NCBI RefSeq assembly: GCF_009914755.1
Contig: NC_060943.1
Source of the DNA: the human T2T-CHM13v2.0 reference genome, Homo sapiens
Strand: one strand, 5' to 3'
Length of the DNA stretch: 64,000 nucleotides
A model generated the notes under the pieces. It saw nothing but the letters and a program-made list of their open reading frames with translations, had not been told where the DNA came from and searched no databases. Below are positions 42,736 through 62,040 of this stretch, piece after piece. How positions within the stretch are numbered: position 1 is the stretch's first letter; each line of letters begins with the position of its first letter. A program made the position numbers and the translations under genes.

Positions 42736-44909
42736 CTCTGTCCCCTCCTCTCTACATCCTGCCTCCTTGTCCCTCCTTCTGTTTTTCCTTTTGTCTGTGT
42801 TTCAGGTCCCTGGGAATTGTGGAGGCCTCTGCCTTTTTCAGCAGTGATTCTTTCACCAAACCTCAACACACACTTTGTGCAGACACAAACACACACAGAC
42901 ACACACCCCCCCCCCCACACACACACAGAAGAGACACACACAGACCCACAGTCACACACATACCCTGCAGGTTGGGCAAGCAGAGTCCTGGGCCTCAGCC
43001 TCCAGGTGTCCCCATGGGTCTTGGTTGCGGTGCACATTCATGCCCTTTGCCCTCTTTCATCCCCATCTGGCTCTCCCTTGCAGTGCAGGAGGCTGGAGCT
43101 GCACCAGGTCCCTGTCACAGTGATGCCCCATTGTGCTGTGTGTGAGCTGTGTGTTGCCTGGTGAGAAGGACCCTTCCTTTCTCTAATCGTGTCTAGCTTG
43201 GCTGCAGCTTCCAAGGATGGACATTGAGGACCTGGGTGTCACAGAGGAAAGTGTCCTACCTGGAGGTGTGCAGGGTGAATCTCTCATGCCTCTTGGGAGG
43301 AGAGGCCTGTGCTGGTTGCTCTTTGGGGGCTGTGATTCCCATAGTCAAAGGGACAGTTCTTGGTCAGTCTATGGCTCCCTCGGGTCTGGCGGCTGAGCTG
43401 AAGCTCAGGATTTCTCATGTTCTTCCTGACCATCTTTGATGTCCTCTCTTCTCTGCCCAGCTGATTGTCCTGTGGTCACCACACCTTCCCCCTGGTGGTG
43501 CAGGAGGAAGTGGGGAGTCACCCAGGAACCCCGTGGGACATGGCTCATTGAGACGCAGGAGGGGGAGCCTGGGACAGGGCAGGGGTTAGAGGTGGAGAGA
43601 TTCATCCCAACTTACTCCGTGGCCATGATGGGCTCAGCCCTCCATGTGCTGACATACCCAGGGGTCTATCCTGAGGGTTTTGACCTGGTCAAGCTGCTCT
43701 CTGTAGAGGAGGAAGAGGCAGTGGCCAGAGAGCCTGTCTGGAGGGACCTTGCTCACACCTGAGAGGGTGTGTGGGGGTGAGTTGTGTTCTGGGATCAAAG
43801 AGCAATAACACCCCCCTTCTCCCAGCAAGCACACAGGAGAGGTCTGTCTTCCCAAGGGACAGCTGGGGGTAGGTGGCCACATCCCGGATGGTGCCTGTGT
43901 GTGACCATCACACGCACTCTGAGCACCCCGGGGTGCAGCGGGCAGGCAGGTCACAGGGTGCCTGACTGATTCCCGGGGAGGCTGTGGGTCCTCAGGCAGC
44001 CGCTGTTCTGTGTCGGCGCTAGGCTTGGCCTGGGATGCCCCAGAGAAGAGGACAGATGGAGCAGGGGCGGGTATTTAGAGAGCAGTGACAGAAAGAGTTG
44101 ATGAGGATGGAGGGAGGCCACGAGGGGAAAGCACCCCGTGTAGCGTCGCGTGCACCAGTGCTGCCCTGGGAGATGCCTTTAGCTGGGCCCAGGGAAGGAG
44201 CAGGTGTGTGGGGAGGAGCTACCTGTAGGGGGAGTGGTGTTAGGTTGGTGGCCACCAGGTCAGGGAGGAGCTGACAGAGTCCGTGTGGGGAGCATGGAGA
44301 GAGCTGAGGACTTAGGCCGAAGTGACCCTGATGAGGGTGGATCCTGCTGGGCTGTGGGTTCCGCTGAGGGAGGTTGGCATCCCCTAGGAAGGCTCCAGGG
44401 TGGGAGGGACTCTGTCGCCCTCTGGTGGACAGGGAGGGAAGTGTGAACGGCAGCAATCCCAGGCCAGGCTGCATGTTTTATTCCACATGGATCTGCACAC
44501 TTCACACTAGGTCACACATATGTTATGTTACAGCTCCATCACCCTTCCAGCCCCGTGAGTCCCAGTCTCTGTGGCTCTATGTTCACTGTTCTCCTTTTCA
44601 CAATCAGATGTCCCAAACGCAGATTTTTGTCACTTTCTGTGAGTTCGTGTTTGTATGCAGTAGGCGGCACTGTATATACCCTGGGGGCAGTGATGTCTAG
44701 GGCTGAGCAGTGCACGTGGGCTTGGGAGGAGAAGAGGGAGCAGCAGAGTGGGAATATCAATGTCAGAGGGACAGGGACAAGTCACTTTCATTTTCTCACT
44801 CCCAGGGACCAGAACCCAGGATTCTGACTCCAGGGCACAGTACCACACCTTGCTGGTGTCCCTGGATGTCATGATGCTCATAGTGTCATGTTGCCTTGGC
44901 ATTCATTTT

Positions 44910-45390
44910 TTAAGGTGTAAGTTTATTTGCCTCAAATCAGAGGCAGGGCTTGGTCACCATGGCAGTTTTCAATACTGTATCTGGTTCAAGTGGCTCCAGT
45001 TGGTGTCCAGAGATCAAATCTTAGAGGCATCTCTCCTGCTTGGTGTGCTGGGCTCTCCTCTCTCCAGCTGCTTTCTTTAAACTGATAATTCTGACATTCA
45101 CCCTCACATTTAAAGTGACCACCTCTCAGTCACAGCATGAGCTCCTGGTCCCAGTGTTTGCTGCTTGCTTTGAACACATCCATTAAAGCTCCCTGCTGGA
45201 AATCTGTCAGATAACACCCTGGACTTAATAAAGGCATTGGCTTACCGGTCTCTTCTCTCCTCCCTGCCTGGGCTCACTGACCTCTGTGTCTGTGGTCTCC
45301 AGGTGTGCCAAGTGCTCCCCAGTGTCTGTAAGTAGTAAAAATACTTACACTTTCACGTTGTGGTTGTATTGCTGTGGCCTCACATGCCAT
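44910..45390 (+). mobile_element. Probable old solo LTR, family uncertain
   Basis: LTR-like layout with AATAAA near 45227 and pyrimidine-rich downstream text. Confidence 0.3.
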
Positions 45391-46161
45391 CCAGGGCCTG
45401 ACATTGACGCTGCCTTGTGGGACCTGTGCTGGCTGAGCCCCTGCTGGAGCTGTTGTTTTATGGTCTCTGGTTCTGCTGGGGACAGGAGCTTCCAGCTAAC
45501 TTGATTGAAAAACTGATGCCTTTCATTGAAAACACTGGGTCAGATGATGTATTCATGGGCTTCAGCTGCCATAACAAACACCTTAGCCTGGGTGAATTAA
45601 ATAATAGAAATCTATTTTTCACAGTTCTGTGAATAATGTGCTATTCTAACCACTTTAAAATCCACAATCAAGTGAAATTAACCACACACACAGTGTTAAA
45701 TTACCATCACCACTATTTTCCCTAGAAAATTTTTATCATTTTAAACTGAAAGTTTGTATCTTTTAAACAATAACTCCCTGTATGTTCCACCCTAGACCTT
45801 GATCATCTCTACTCTGTCTCTATGAATTTGCCTATTCTTGATGTTTCATATAAATGGAATTATACAATTATGTTATTTCATTTCTGACATATTTCACTTA
45901 GCATAATGTTTCCAAAGTCCATGCATGTTCCAGCGGGTGTCAGAGCTTCCTTCCTCTTTATGGCAGATTATCATTCTGTTGTATGTGTCACCATATTTGT
46001 TTATTCATGTGTTGATGAACACTTGGATTGTTTTCATATTTTATCTTTTCTGAATAATGCTGCAATGAACATTCCCATGCAAGTACCTGTTTGAGTCCGT
46101 ACTTTGGGTATATACCTAGGAATGGATGTTGTTTCAAATGAGAATACTATGATTAGCTTTT

Positions 46162-50637
<4,476 letters not shown>

Positions 50638-51899
50638 CTATGATTAGCTTTTTGAGGAAGAGCAAAACTGTTTCTCCTAGTGGCTGTACTTTTTTATATT
50701 CTCACCAGCAATGTATGAGGATTCCAAATTCTACATAATGCTGCCACTTGTTATTTAACATTTTAAAAGAATTGTAGCCAGTTTTGTAGGTGTGGTGTGG
50801 TATCTCATTGCAGCTTTGACTTTGTATTTTCCTAATGACTAATGATGTTGAGTATCTTTTCATGTCCTTCTTGACTATTTGTATATCTTCTTTGAAGAAA
50901 CATCTATTTGAGTCTTTTGTCCATTTATAAATTGGATGGTTTCTCCCTTTGTTATTGAGTTGTAGCTAGTTCTTGATATTATCTGGACATGAAAACTGCC
51001 TATATGTGGTTTGCAAATATTTTCTCTCATTCTGTGTCTATTAATTATTTTCTTGATGATTTCCTTTGATGCACAAAAGGCTCACATCTTGATAAAGCCC
51101 AATTTATCTTTTTTTTCTCATGCTTTTGTATCATAGCTAAGAATCCATTGCACATTTGAGGTCATCAATATTTACCTCTATGTCTATTTTAAGATGTTTT
51201 TATGGTTATAGGTCTTATATTTAACTCACTGATCAATTTTTTAGAGAATTGTTTGATATGGTGGGAGGTAGAGTTATCTAAATTCACTGTTTTGCATGTG
51301 GTTATCTAGTTGTTTCTGCATTATCATTAGAAAGGAGAATTGTTCCTCCATTAAATTGTCTTGACACACTCTTCAAAGAGTAATTGACCATAAGTGTGAG
51401 GGTTTATTTCTAGGCTCTCAGTTCTATCCCATTTGTCTTTATGTCCATTCTTTTGCCAGCAGCTTATGTCTATTCTTTGCCAGTAGCTTCTGTTTTAATA
51501 ATTGTACTCCTTTGTGAGATTTCAAATAAGAAAGTTCAAGTCCTACAATTTATTTTGGCAAGATTGTTTTGGCTATTCAGGGGTCCTTTTTTGAAAGGTG
51601 GGGAGGCCAATATTTCACAACTGGGAAAGCCGTTTCTGTCTTCTTCAGGGGGAAATTTGGGAGAACATTTTAAGAAACTTTATCTAAGTAGGTAAACTGT
51701 TACCACTTTATTTGCTGAAGTGCTACGTTAAAGTGTGCATTGCCTCTTGTGGAAGAATTATGAGACCCTGGAAGCACTAGCCCACATGGTAAGAGACAGT
51801 GAATTCCACAATGAGGGGCAGAGAGGATGTTGTTTTGGGATACAATGTTGTTGGGGGAGTGGTATACATCTCTACTTCTTTATGTCTCTGTATAGTTGG

Positions 51900-52909
51900 T
51901 GTAGGGACCAGCCACACAAGGTCAGTGGGTTTTTCTCCCTGTGTGTGGAGATGAGAGATTGTAGAAATAAAGACAGAAGACAGAGATAAAAGAAAAGACA
52001 GCTGGGCCTGTGGGACCACTACCACCAAGACACAGAGACCGGTAGTGGCACCGAATGCCAGGCTGCACTGACATTTATTGGATACAAGACAAAGGGGCAG
52101 GATAAGGAGTGTGAGCCATCTCCAATGATAGGTAAGGCCACAGGGGTCACATGTCCACTGGACAGGGGGCCCTTCCCTGCCTGGCAACCAAGGCAGAGTG
52201 AGAGAAGAGAAAGAGAGAGAGAGCTTACAGCATTATTTCTGCTTATTAGAGACTTTTAGTACTTTCACTAATTTGCTTCTGCTAACTAAATGGCAGAGCC
52301 AGGTGAACAGGTTGGAACATGAAGGTGGACTAGGATTGTGACCACTGAAGCACAGCATCATAGGGAGACAGTCAGGCCTCCAAATAACTGCAGGTGGACC
52401 TGACTAATGTCAGGCCCTCTACAAGAGGTGGAGGAGTAGAGTCTTCTCTAAATTTCCCCAGGGAAAGGGAGACTCTAAGTAGCTTTCCTGGTCTGCTAAG
52501 TAGCAGGTGTTTTTCCTTGACACTGAGGCTACTGCTAGACCAGGGTCCGCTTGGCAATGGGCATCTTCCCAGACGCTGTCATTACCGCTAGACCAAGGAG
52601 CCCTCTAGTTGCCCTGTCTGGGCATAACAGAAGGCTCACACTCTTGTCTTCTGGTCACTTCTCACTATGTCTCCTGAGCTCATGTCTCTGTATGGCCTGG
52701 CTTTTCCTAGGTTATGATTATAGAAATGAGGATTATTATAATATTGGAATAAAGAGTAATTGCTACCAAGTAATGATTAATGATATTCATATATAATCAT
52801 ATCTAAGATCTATATCTGGTATAACTATTCTTCTTTTATATTTTATTATACCGGAAGAGCTTGTGCCCTCGGTCTCTTGCCTTGGCACCTGGGTGGCTTG
52901 CCACCCACA
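51900..52909 (-). mobile_element. Solo LTR (LTR13-like), 1010 bp
   Basis: TG...CA termini; reverse strand starts TGTGGGTGGCAAGCCACCCAGGTGCCAAGGCAAGAGACCGAGGG; 6-bp TSD agttgg/agtggg (one mismatch). Confidence 0.85.
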
Positions 52910-53434
52910 AGTGGGCATCTCCGTTGGACACAGTAGGTTTTGAAATCCTTGTTTATCCTCTGGGGTCTGGGTCTTGGCTTACCTGTTAGCTGCAGCTGAA
53001 AGAGGTGTCTGCTAAGGCATTGCCACCTGTGGTGAGAAGAAGGGTTCAGCAGAGTGAAAGTAGCTGGGGCTCAGAGAAACCAGGAAAGTCTGACTCTTAG
53101 AAACTATGGGTCAGCAGATGGGTGTCCTCAGGGGTAAATGGGCCATGCCAGTAGACATTGCAGTGGACTGGAAGAAGGTAAGGGATGCCAGGTATCCCAT
53201 GTTCTGTCTCAGCTCTGCAGCTGAAGATTTGGGCCATGGGCTTGTACGGCCCTGCAGCAGGGGAAGGGTATAGAGGAATGGCTGCATATCAGGACCAAGT
53301 CCATGTCATCTTCTTAGGCATTGTTACCACAGATGGAGGATTCTGTTCAGAGACTGGCCTGGACACATGGGAGGGCCCACCCCATTCTTTTAAAATTATT
53401 TTAAGAGAACAGTATTAGCAAAGGTGGTACATGT

Positions 53435-53440
53435 TTTATT
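53435..53440 (-). terminator. Distal PSG1 polyadenylation signal AATAAA
   Basis: tttatt on + strand at the end of the DWTVP/EAL 3'UTR. Confidence 0.75.
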
Positions 53441-54004
53441 CTGCTAGAATGTCTTACTGTCACGTTTTACAATGTATCTCTTAGGAAACGGCAAGAGCCA
53501 TCCACACAATGTGGATTTAAAGGGGACTCTATTATAATTTCAGCTTTCCTACGTCTTCATACAAACCATCTTCTCTGCAAACACACAGGCAATATCTCTG
53601 TGTTCATTTCTATTGGGAGCCCTGTATGCAAGGTGGAGAGAGCCACATTTCCCCCTGAGATGTTATGTAAAAGTTTGAGGTTGAGATGACATATCTGACA
53701 CTCTGTTGTTACTCTCAGAAGCTACTACATGTGAAATTCTAATGACTGCATTATCCTGCCAAGTGAAAGAGGCAGGCATGAGCAAGGACAGTTAAGAGGG
53801 GGGAGAGCCTCATCATGATGGGGAGTCTTGTTCTGACATCTTGGGAAAAACTGTCCACAGTGTGAAGTCATCCACTTGTTGTCCTGGTTTACAGTTTGAG
53901 CATCTGTTGTTATGGTGTCGAATATTTTGGTGAGTTCTGAGTGGCTCATGCTTCACGTACAAGGGTTTTCCCATGAAATTTACATTGAGTTGTCCACCTC
54001 CAGC

Positions 54005-54015
54005 TTATAGGGCTT
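54005..54015 (-). CDS. PSG1: PSG1 alternative C-terminus EAL*
   Basis: Acceptor GTTCCAG|AAGCCCTATAA, 86 nt downstream of the DWTVP acceptor. Confidence 0.85.
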
Positions 54016-54084
54016 CTGGAACAGAGTGGGTCTTGCTCTTAGTGATTCCATGGGAGAAAATGGAATTGGAGGTACTAGTAGAAT

Positions 54085-54101
54085 TCAGGGAACTGTCCAG
54101 T
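54085..54101 (-). CDS. PSG1: PSG1 C-terminus DWTVP*
   Basis: Acceptor CCTGTAG|ACTGGACAGTTCCCTGA, phase 1. Confidence 0.9.
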
Positions 54102-54652
54102 CTACAGGTGGATAATAAAAACACAGAAACAATGAACAGAGCTGCAGTCTCATAACAGGTATACTACAGTTTTTATTTTCCACATAATTTTTCCCTCTAT
54201 GGGCATCTCTACTTTTACCAATGATAATTTCAGTAGAATAAGTTTGTTTGCAAAATAGGTGGAGTTTCTTCAAATGTGGTCTGATTGTTTACATAAGTGC
54301 AGCAAGAGTAGCAATGGACCATGTAGGCTGTCTTCTAAAATTTTCTTTTCTCTAAGTTTTTATAAGGAATCTGAGATTAAATCTTCACAAACCTCTTGAG
54401 AATAGGAAGCCAAACCAAGGCTGACTTCAGACTTTGCCTGCAGTTCATATTGGTTCATTCTATCTATGTTTTTAATATAACATCCGAATCAAAGCATTGG
54501 TAATATAACCAATGATTTCAAATGTGTCATGTTACAAAGAAAGCAGATTGTTACTGTACTTGTGCAAATATGTGTATTACCATAAACATATCAATTCTCA
54601 TGAATAGTTGCCCAATTCTGGGGCAGTCAGGTAGAAAGCAAAAGTAAATGTT

Positions 54653-54696
54653 TCAATTACGGTTCCCAGAAGTATAGTTTATTGAACTGCTATAAG
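54653..54696 (-). CDS. PSG1: PSG1 alternative C-terminus AYSSSINYTSGNRN*
   Basis: Acceptor TCTACAG|CTTATAGC, phase 1, TGA at 54653-54655. Confidence 0.8.
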
Positions 54697-55013
54697 CTGT
54701 AGATAGATTAAAAGAGAAAAATTCCATCAATGTAGAAAACAAACCATTTAAAGAATCAGCAAATTTTCAAATAAAAATCATAAAAACATTATCTTCATTA
54801 TTATCAATTATTTCAATGAAATCAATGTTCTTCCTGCTTGGTCTAGGCTGGGAATATTATGAAGATATCAGCCTGTTTGTTAAAGTTTTCGAAGTTCTTA
54901 GACAAATTTGGAGGGTTCAGGAGGAGAATTTGGGATTTGCTTGTGCCCATGGGACACAGGCTGGGAATACAATTGTTTTCCTGACTCTTCTCTGAATGCC
55001 AGATAGACTCCAC

Positions 55014-55430
<417 letters not shown>

Positions 55431-55614
55431 CTATGTTCACTGAGCCGAATCCTGAGGTATTCCCCTGTTTCTCCCATCACAAGCTGTGGGCCCCAAGTCT
55501 CCCATGATAAGAGCATCCCCTCCCCTTATATTCTTGGTTAAGGCTGTGCCTACCCAGGATTTCCCAGGGCAGGGAGTCATGGCCAGCTCCGATGTCCAGA
55601 AGTAAAGGTGTCTA

Positions 55615-56052
<438 letters not shown>

Positions 56053-58058
56053 TCAGAGTTGACATCTCCCACCTCTCATTCCACCCGAGTCCTTGAAAGC
56101 CAATAGCTGGTGCTTTTGTCACAAGATAGATGCATGATGATCTAAGGGCTCAAAGACTGTGAGGCCGCCTTCTCTGTCTTAGGGAAGCACAGACTTTCTG
56201 AAGTGTCAATTGAGCAGCAGTGTTGGGTCATGGACAGACACGTCAGTGGGAGTCACAGCCCCTGGTACCCTTCCCAGGCCCTCCCTAATCAGTTGACTGG
56301 CTGGCTCACCTTGGGTTCCTTACCTGGAATATGCAACTGCTGGGCCCCTTCCAAATTCCATCCTACTTTGTCCCCCTAGATGTGATTTCTCTGCAGCTTC
56401 CATTTCAAAGGACATTCTAGAGATGAGTAATAATGGGACTTCCCTTTGTCCTGCAACCCTGAAGATACTGAGCAGCCTGGCCTGGGACTGGATGTTTCAG
56501 CAGAAATAACACAGGGGAGACCAGAATCAAGGCTGGAGGTCAGTTCAGTCATCAGGCAGTGGAGGCTCAAGGTGGGGCAGTTTTTTGCAGGTGTTTCATG
56601 ATGACTTACTTGAACCAGTGACCTCTAAAGATAGAGCAGAGTGCAAGGAATGATCTAGAAAGAGTGAAGGGGACAGGCAAGAGCTGGTGGCTTTGGAGCA
56701 GAAGCATGTTCCCTGTCTTGGGTTCTTTAAGTTTCCTCTCCTTCTGCAGAGGGCAGGTGAGGACCATGTGGATCTTTCCAGAAATACATGTGGACATTTG
56801 CAAATTCAGAACTGACTGGTAGAAAGGGTGGGAATGAACTGCTGGAAATCTGGTCCTCATGAACCATGTGTGTTTGATGGATATGAGACAAATTTGGAGA
56901 GAGGTTTTGCAAATATTTTATTTCATTGGACATTCTACTCTCTGATTCCATGGGTTCAACTACTCTAGGGACCTCATGTAAGTGGATTCCAGAGTGAATA
57001 TGAGAAGAGACTGCTGGTTGTCAGGAGCTGGGAGTGGGTAGAATCAGAAGTTGTTCATGGGTGTGCAGTTTCAGTTATGCAAGGTGGGGAGGTTCTAGAG
57101 AACTGCTGTAGAGCTTGATGCCTATAGTTCACACAGATTGAGTATTTCTTATGCATAAGACTTAGGACAAAAAGTGTTTTGGATTTCTGACATTTTTTGA
57201 TTCTGAAATATTTGTCATATACTTACTGGTTTAGCATCCCAAATCTGAAAGATTCAAAATCTAAAATGCTCCAGTGAGCATTTCTTTTCAGCATCAGATT
57301 AGTAGGCAAAAGTGGGAGGTGATAAGCCAAAGATATTCTTGCCCTTTTTTTTCTCTCACCACGTTTCTAGCTTGGTGATCAGTTTTCGGTGAATTCCACA
57401 GTGGCCATGCTGCACTCGTATATTTTTGAAGGCCTTGGGATGTGAGAAAGGCTGATTGCTATTTTCTATGTCATCAGAACTTTCCACCTTTTCATGGTTA
57501 CCTCTTTTTCTCAGTGTTTGTGTTGTGTCAGTCATTAATAAGAGCCTGTCATGTGAGATTTAGGACAGTGTTTTCTAATTCTGCAAAAAATGTTACTGTG
57601 ATTCTGGTAGGGGATGCATTGAATCTGCAACTCATTTTGGGTAATGTTGTCTTTCTAACAATATTGATTCTTCCAATCCATGAAAATGAAATGTCTTTCC
57701 ATATATTGATATCGTCTTTAATTTCTTTCAGCAATGGTTTGTAGTTTTCAGGGTATAATCATTTGACTTTTTTGGTTAAACTTACTCCAAAATATTTTAT
57801 TCCTTTTGATGTTAATGTGAATTGAAATTATTTCCTTAATTTCCTTTCAGATTGTTCATTGTTAGTGTATAGTCTAAAGAATGATCTAGAAAGAGTGAAG
57901 GGGACAGGCAAAAGCTGGTGGTTTTGGAGTAGAAACATATTCCCTGTCCTGGGTTTTTGATTTTCCCTCTCCCTTTGCAGAGGGCAGGTGGCTCTTCCCT
58001 GATAGCTAGATAGACTTCACTGGAAAACATATTGCCAATGCTCCAGGGATCCACTTAC

Positions 58059-58312
58059 CAGGGACTATGATCCTCTTGATTATGAGATTTGTTCCACCAG
58101 TGGCTGAGTTATGGATGAAACAGACCTAGATCCCTGTATATGTTTTAGTGATTTGGGGTATAAAGAACACTTGTGTTGATTGCTGGAACTTCCCAGCAAT
58201 CAGCCAAGAATGCTCTGCCAGTGGATGGAGTCTGTGAGGCAGGAGAGCTTGGGGACTTCCCCTGTATGGTAATAGGTGTATGAGGAAGAAATGGTGGGGG
58301 CATCCAGGCCAT
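58059..58312 (-). pseudogene. PSG1: PSG1 B1 pseudo-exon (254 nt)
   Basis: Acceptor AG>AC (58313-58314) and a 1-nt deletion relative to the 255-nt B1 at 34319-34573. Confidence 0.9.
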
Positions 58313-58475
58313 GTGGAGTAAAGAGAATAATGTCACAGGCACTATTGTCAGAGGGAAGGGAAAATCCTGGTCTGTGGAAGGGCCACAATCACAGTGACCC
58401 TGTGAGCCAAGTCACAACATTGAAGTCCCAGCCAAATCCCCACTGTGTTCACAGATCTGGAGCCTGAGACCTTCA

Positions 58476-59063
<588 letters not shown>

Positions 59064-61270
59064 TCAGAATTGGCATTTCCCACCTCTCAGCCCACCCAAG
59101 TCCTTAAAAGCCCATGGCAGGTGTGTGTGATACAAGACAGATGCATGGCAATCTGAGGGCTCAGAGATTGTGAGGCTGCCTGCTTCATGTGGGAGAAGCA
59201 CAGACTTTCTCAAGTGTGAATTGAGCAGCAGCATTGGGTCATGGAAAGACACAGGACCAGCAGTCACAGCCCCTGGTGCCTCTGTGTGTCCCTCCGTCTC
59301 CAACTGCCTGCCTGGCCCACCTTGTGGTCCTCACTTGGAGCATGCAGTGCTGGAATCTTGTTAGTTTCAGTCTCACTTTGCCCACTGAGGTATGTTTTCT
59401 CTGCAGCTTCCCTTGCCAAGGACATCCTAGAGATGGATGATGGAACTTCCCATTGTCCTTAAAACCTTTGGGTACTGGAAAGCCTGGCCTGGGACTGGGT
59501 ATTCTAGCATAAAACAGGGGAGACCAGAGTCAAGCCTGGAGGTCAGTTCAGTCATCAGGCAGTGGAGCCACGAGGTGGGGCAGTTTTCCCAGGTGTCTCA
59601 TAGTGACTGAGTTGAGCTAGTGACTCTAAAGATAGAGCAGAGTCCAAGGAATGACCTACAAAGAGTGAAGGGGATAGGCAAGAGCTGATAGCTTTGGACC
59701 AAGACCATGTTCTCTCTTCTGGGTCCATGATGCTCCCTTCCCCCTGTAGAGGGCAGTTGAGGACCATGTGGATCTTTCTAGAAATACATGTGGATCTTTG
59801 CAAATGCAGAACTGACTGGTGGAAAGGGCGATCATGAACTGATGACGGAAGTCTGGCCCTCATGGACCATATGTGTTTGGTGAATATTAGACCAATATTT
59901 GGGAAGAAGTCTTGCAGATACTTTCTCTCATTAGACATTCTACTCTCTGATTCTGAGTTTGACTACTCTATGTACCTGATATCAGTGGATTCCAGAGTGA
60001 ATCAGAGAGTAGAATAGTAGTTTGCAGGAGCTGGGATCAGGGGAATAGGGTGTTGTTCCGTGGGTGTGCAGTTTCAGTTATGCAGGAAGAGGAGGTTCTA
60101 GAGATCTCCTGTACAGCCTCATGCCTATACTTCATACAGATAAAGTGCTCCTTATGCAGAAAGCTTGAAACTAAGTGTTTTGGATGTCTAATTATTTTTT
60201 TATTTTGGAATATTTGCAGTACATGTACTGGTTTAGCATCCCAAATCTGAAAAATTTAAAATCCACAATGCGCCAGTGAGCACTTCTTTTTAGCATCACA
60301 TCAGTGGTCAGAAGTGTTGAGTTTTGAGCATTTCAGATTGTGGATTTCTGGATTTCCGATGCTCAATTTGTAACAGTGTAATTTTTCCGTAAAAATTTGT
60401 CAGGAGTTTAGACCTCATGTTATATTCTGACTCTAGTAACAAAAAAAATTTGGAGGAAACATTAAAATGTTTTCATAAGTGGAAATTTTTACTGATGGTC
60501 CAAACATCTAAGATCAATTGCTGGTAGTAGTATTTCTCTTGAGACCAAAATAAGGTTTAGGTGTGCCGTGAATTCCAGCAGGATCACGTTATGCTCAAAG
60601 AAAGATGCCAAAGGTGATTTGAAATTAGCAGCTCCTTAAGTAGAGAGAGTCCCATTGAAAGGACCGAACTGGTCAGTGCATCAATTACATAAAGGGAGAA
60701 AGGATGTCAAATTAAAAGAAGTGATGTGTGTTATGTTAGTAAATATAGAAAGAACTCCCTGCTTCTAAATTCTGTGCAGAGTTAGGAAAAATGGGGAGGA
60801 CCTCAAAACAGGTATGTGAAATGCTTTCTTCATTTTCTCTTAAGCTCAGGAAACACCACTAGAGTTTAAGTTTGTGTGAATTAGGAAGAGTCTAAGTGAG
60901 ATGGCAATGGCTCTTGTGTCTCCCCACACGAAGATCTCCAACTTATGAAAATGACATCATCATGAGGAAACAGTTATAGGTGGCACAGGCAGTAAAACCA
61001 TCAGATAACACCCACCTGGTCAACTCCAACTAGTCCCCAAAACCACCGGTATTCCCATTACGTGTACATTACAGTCTTTGTAGTTGTCCCACAGCTACAA
61101 AATTTAAAAATTGCTATTGTCAAAACAAAATATTAAATATGAAGTTGAATATGTTGTTCCACTTTTTTTCCCCACTCTTTTTGAACTTTCCTGTTTCAGT
61201 TTTGGAAGTTTCTGTTGACACATCCTCAAGCTAGGTATTCTTTCCACAGCTGTGTGCAGTCTACCAGTAA

Positions 61271-61502
<232 letters not shown>

Positions 61503-62040
61503 TAGCCAGGATGGTCTCTATCTCTTGACCTTGTGCCCGCCTCGGCCTCCCAAAGTGCTGGGATTATAGGCGTGAGCCACTGTGCGCAGCCGTCTCTGAG
61601 GGAGTTTAATGAGTTGTTGCCTTTTGAGTTTGTTCAGCTTTTTACTTAGTGTTAGAACCGAGTGACAAATTTCAAGCTTGTTATACGCCTGTCAGGAAGC
61701 TAGAACTCTCTAGAAAGTGACCGGAGAATGTGAGCTCCATAGCAGGTTGAGGATGGCGTCATGAGTGAGGATGGGGTCAAGAGTCCACTCAGAGATGGAG
61801 TGCCCAGCCATCTCTGAGGGATTTTAACAAGTTGTTGACTTTTGAGTTTGTTCAGCTTTTTACTTAGCGTTAGAAACCAGTGACAAATTTCAAGCTTGTT
61901 ATATGCCTGACAGGAAGCCAGAAGTCTATAGGAAGTGACTGGAGAATGTGAGCTCCTTAGCAGGTTGAGGCTGGAGTCACAGGTGAAATGAGCCCATGGG
62001 GTTTGGGGACAGCAGGCCTGTCCAGCCTCTGACACCCTGG

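Noticed and set aside
42459-44700. Cluster of 100-190 aa ORFs upstream of the leader exon
   Set aside because: Explained by CA repeats and high GC content; low-complexity translations
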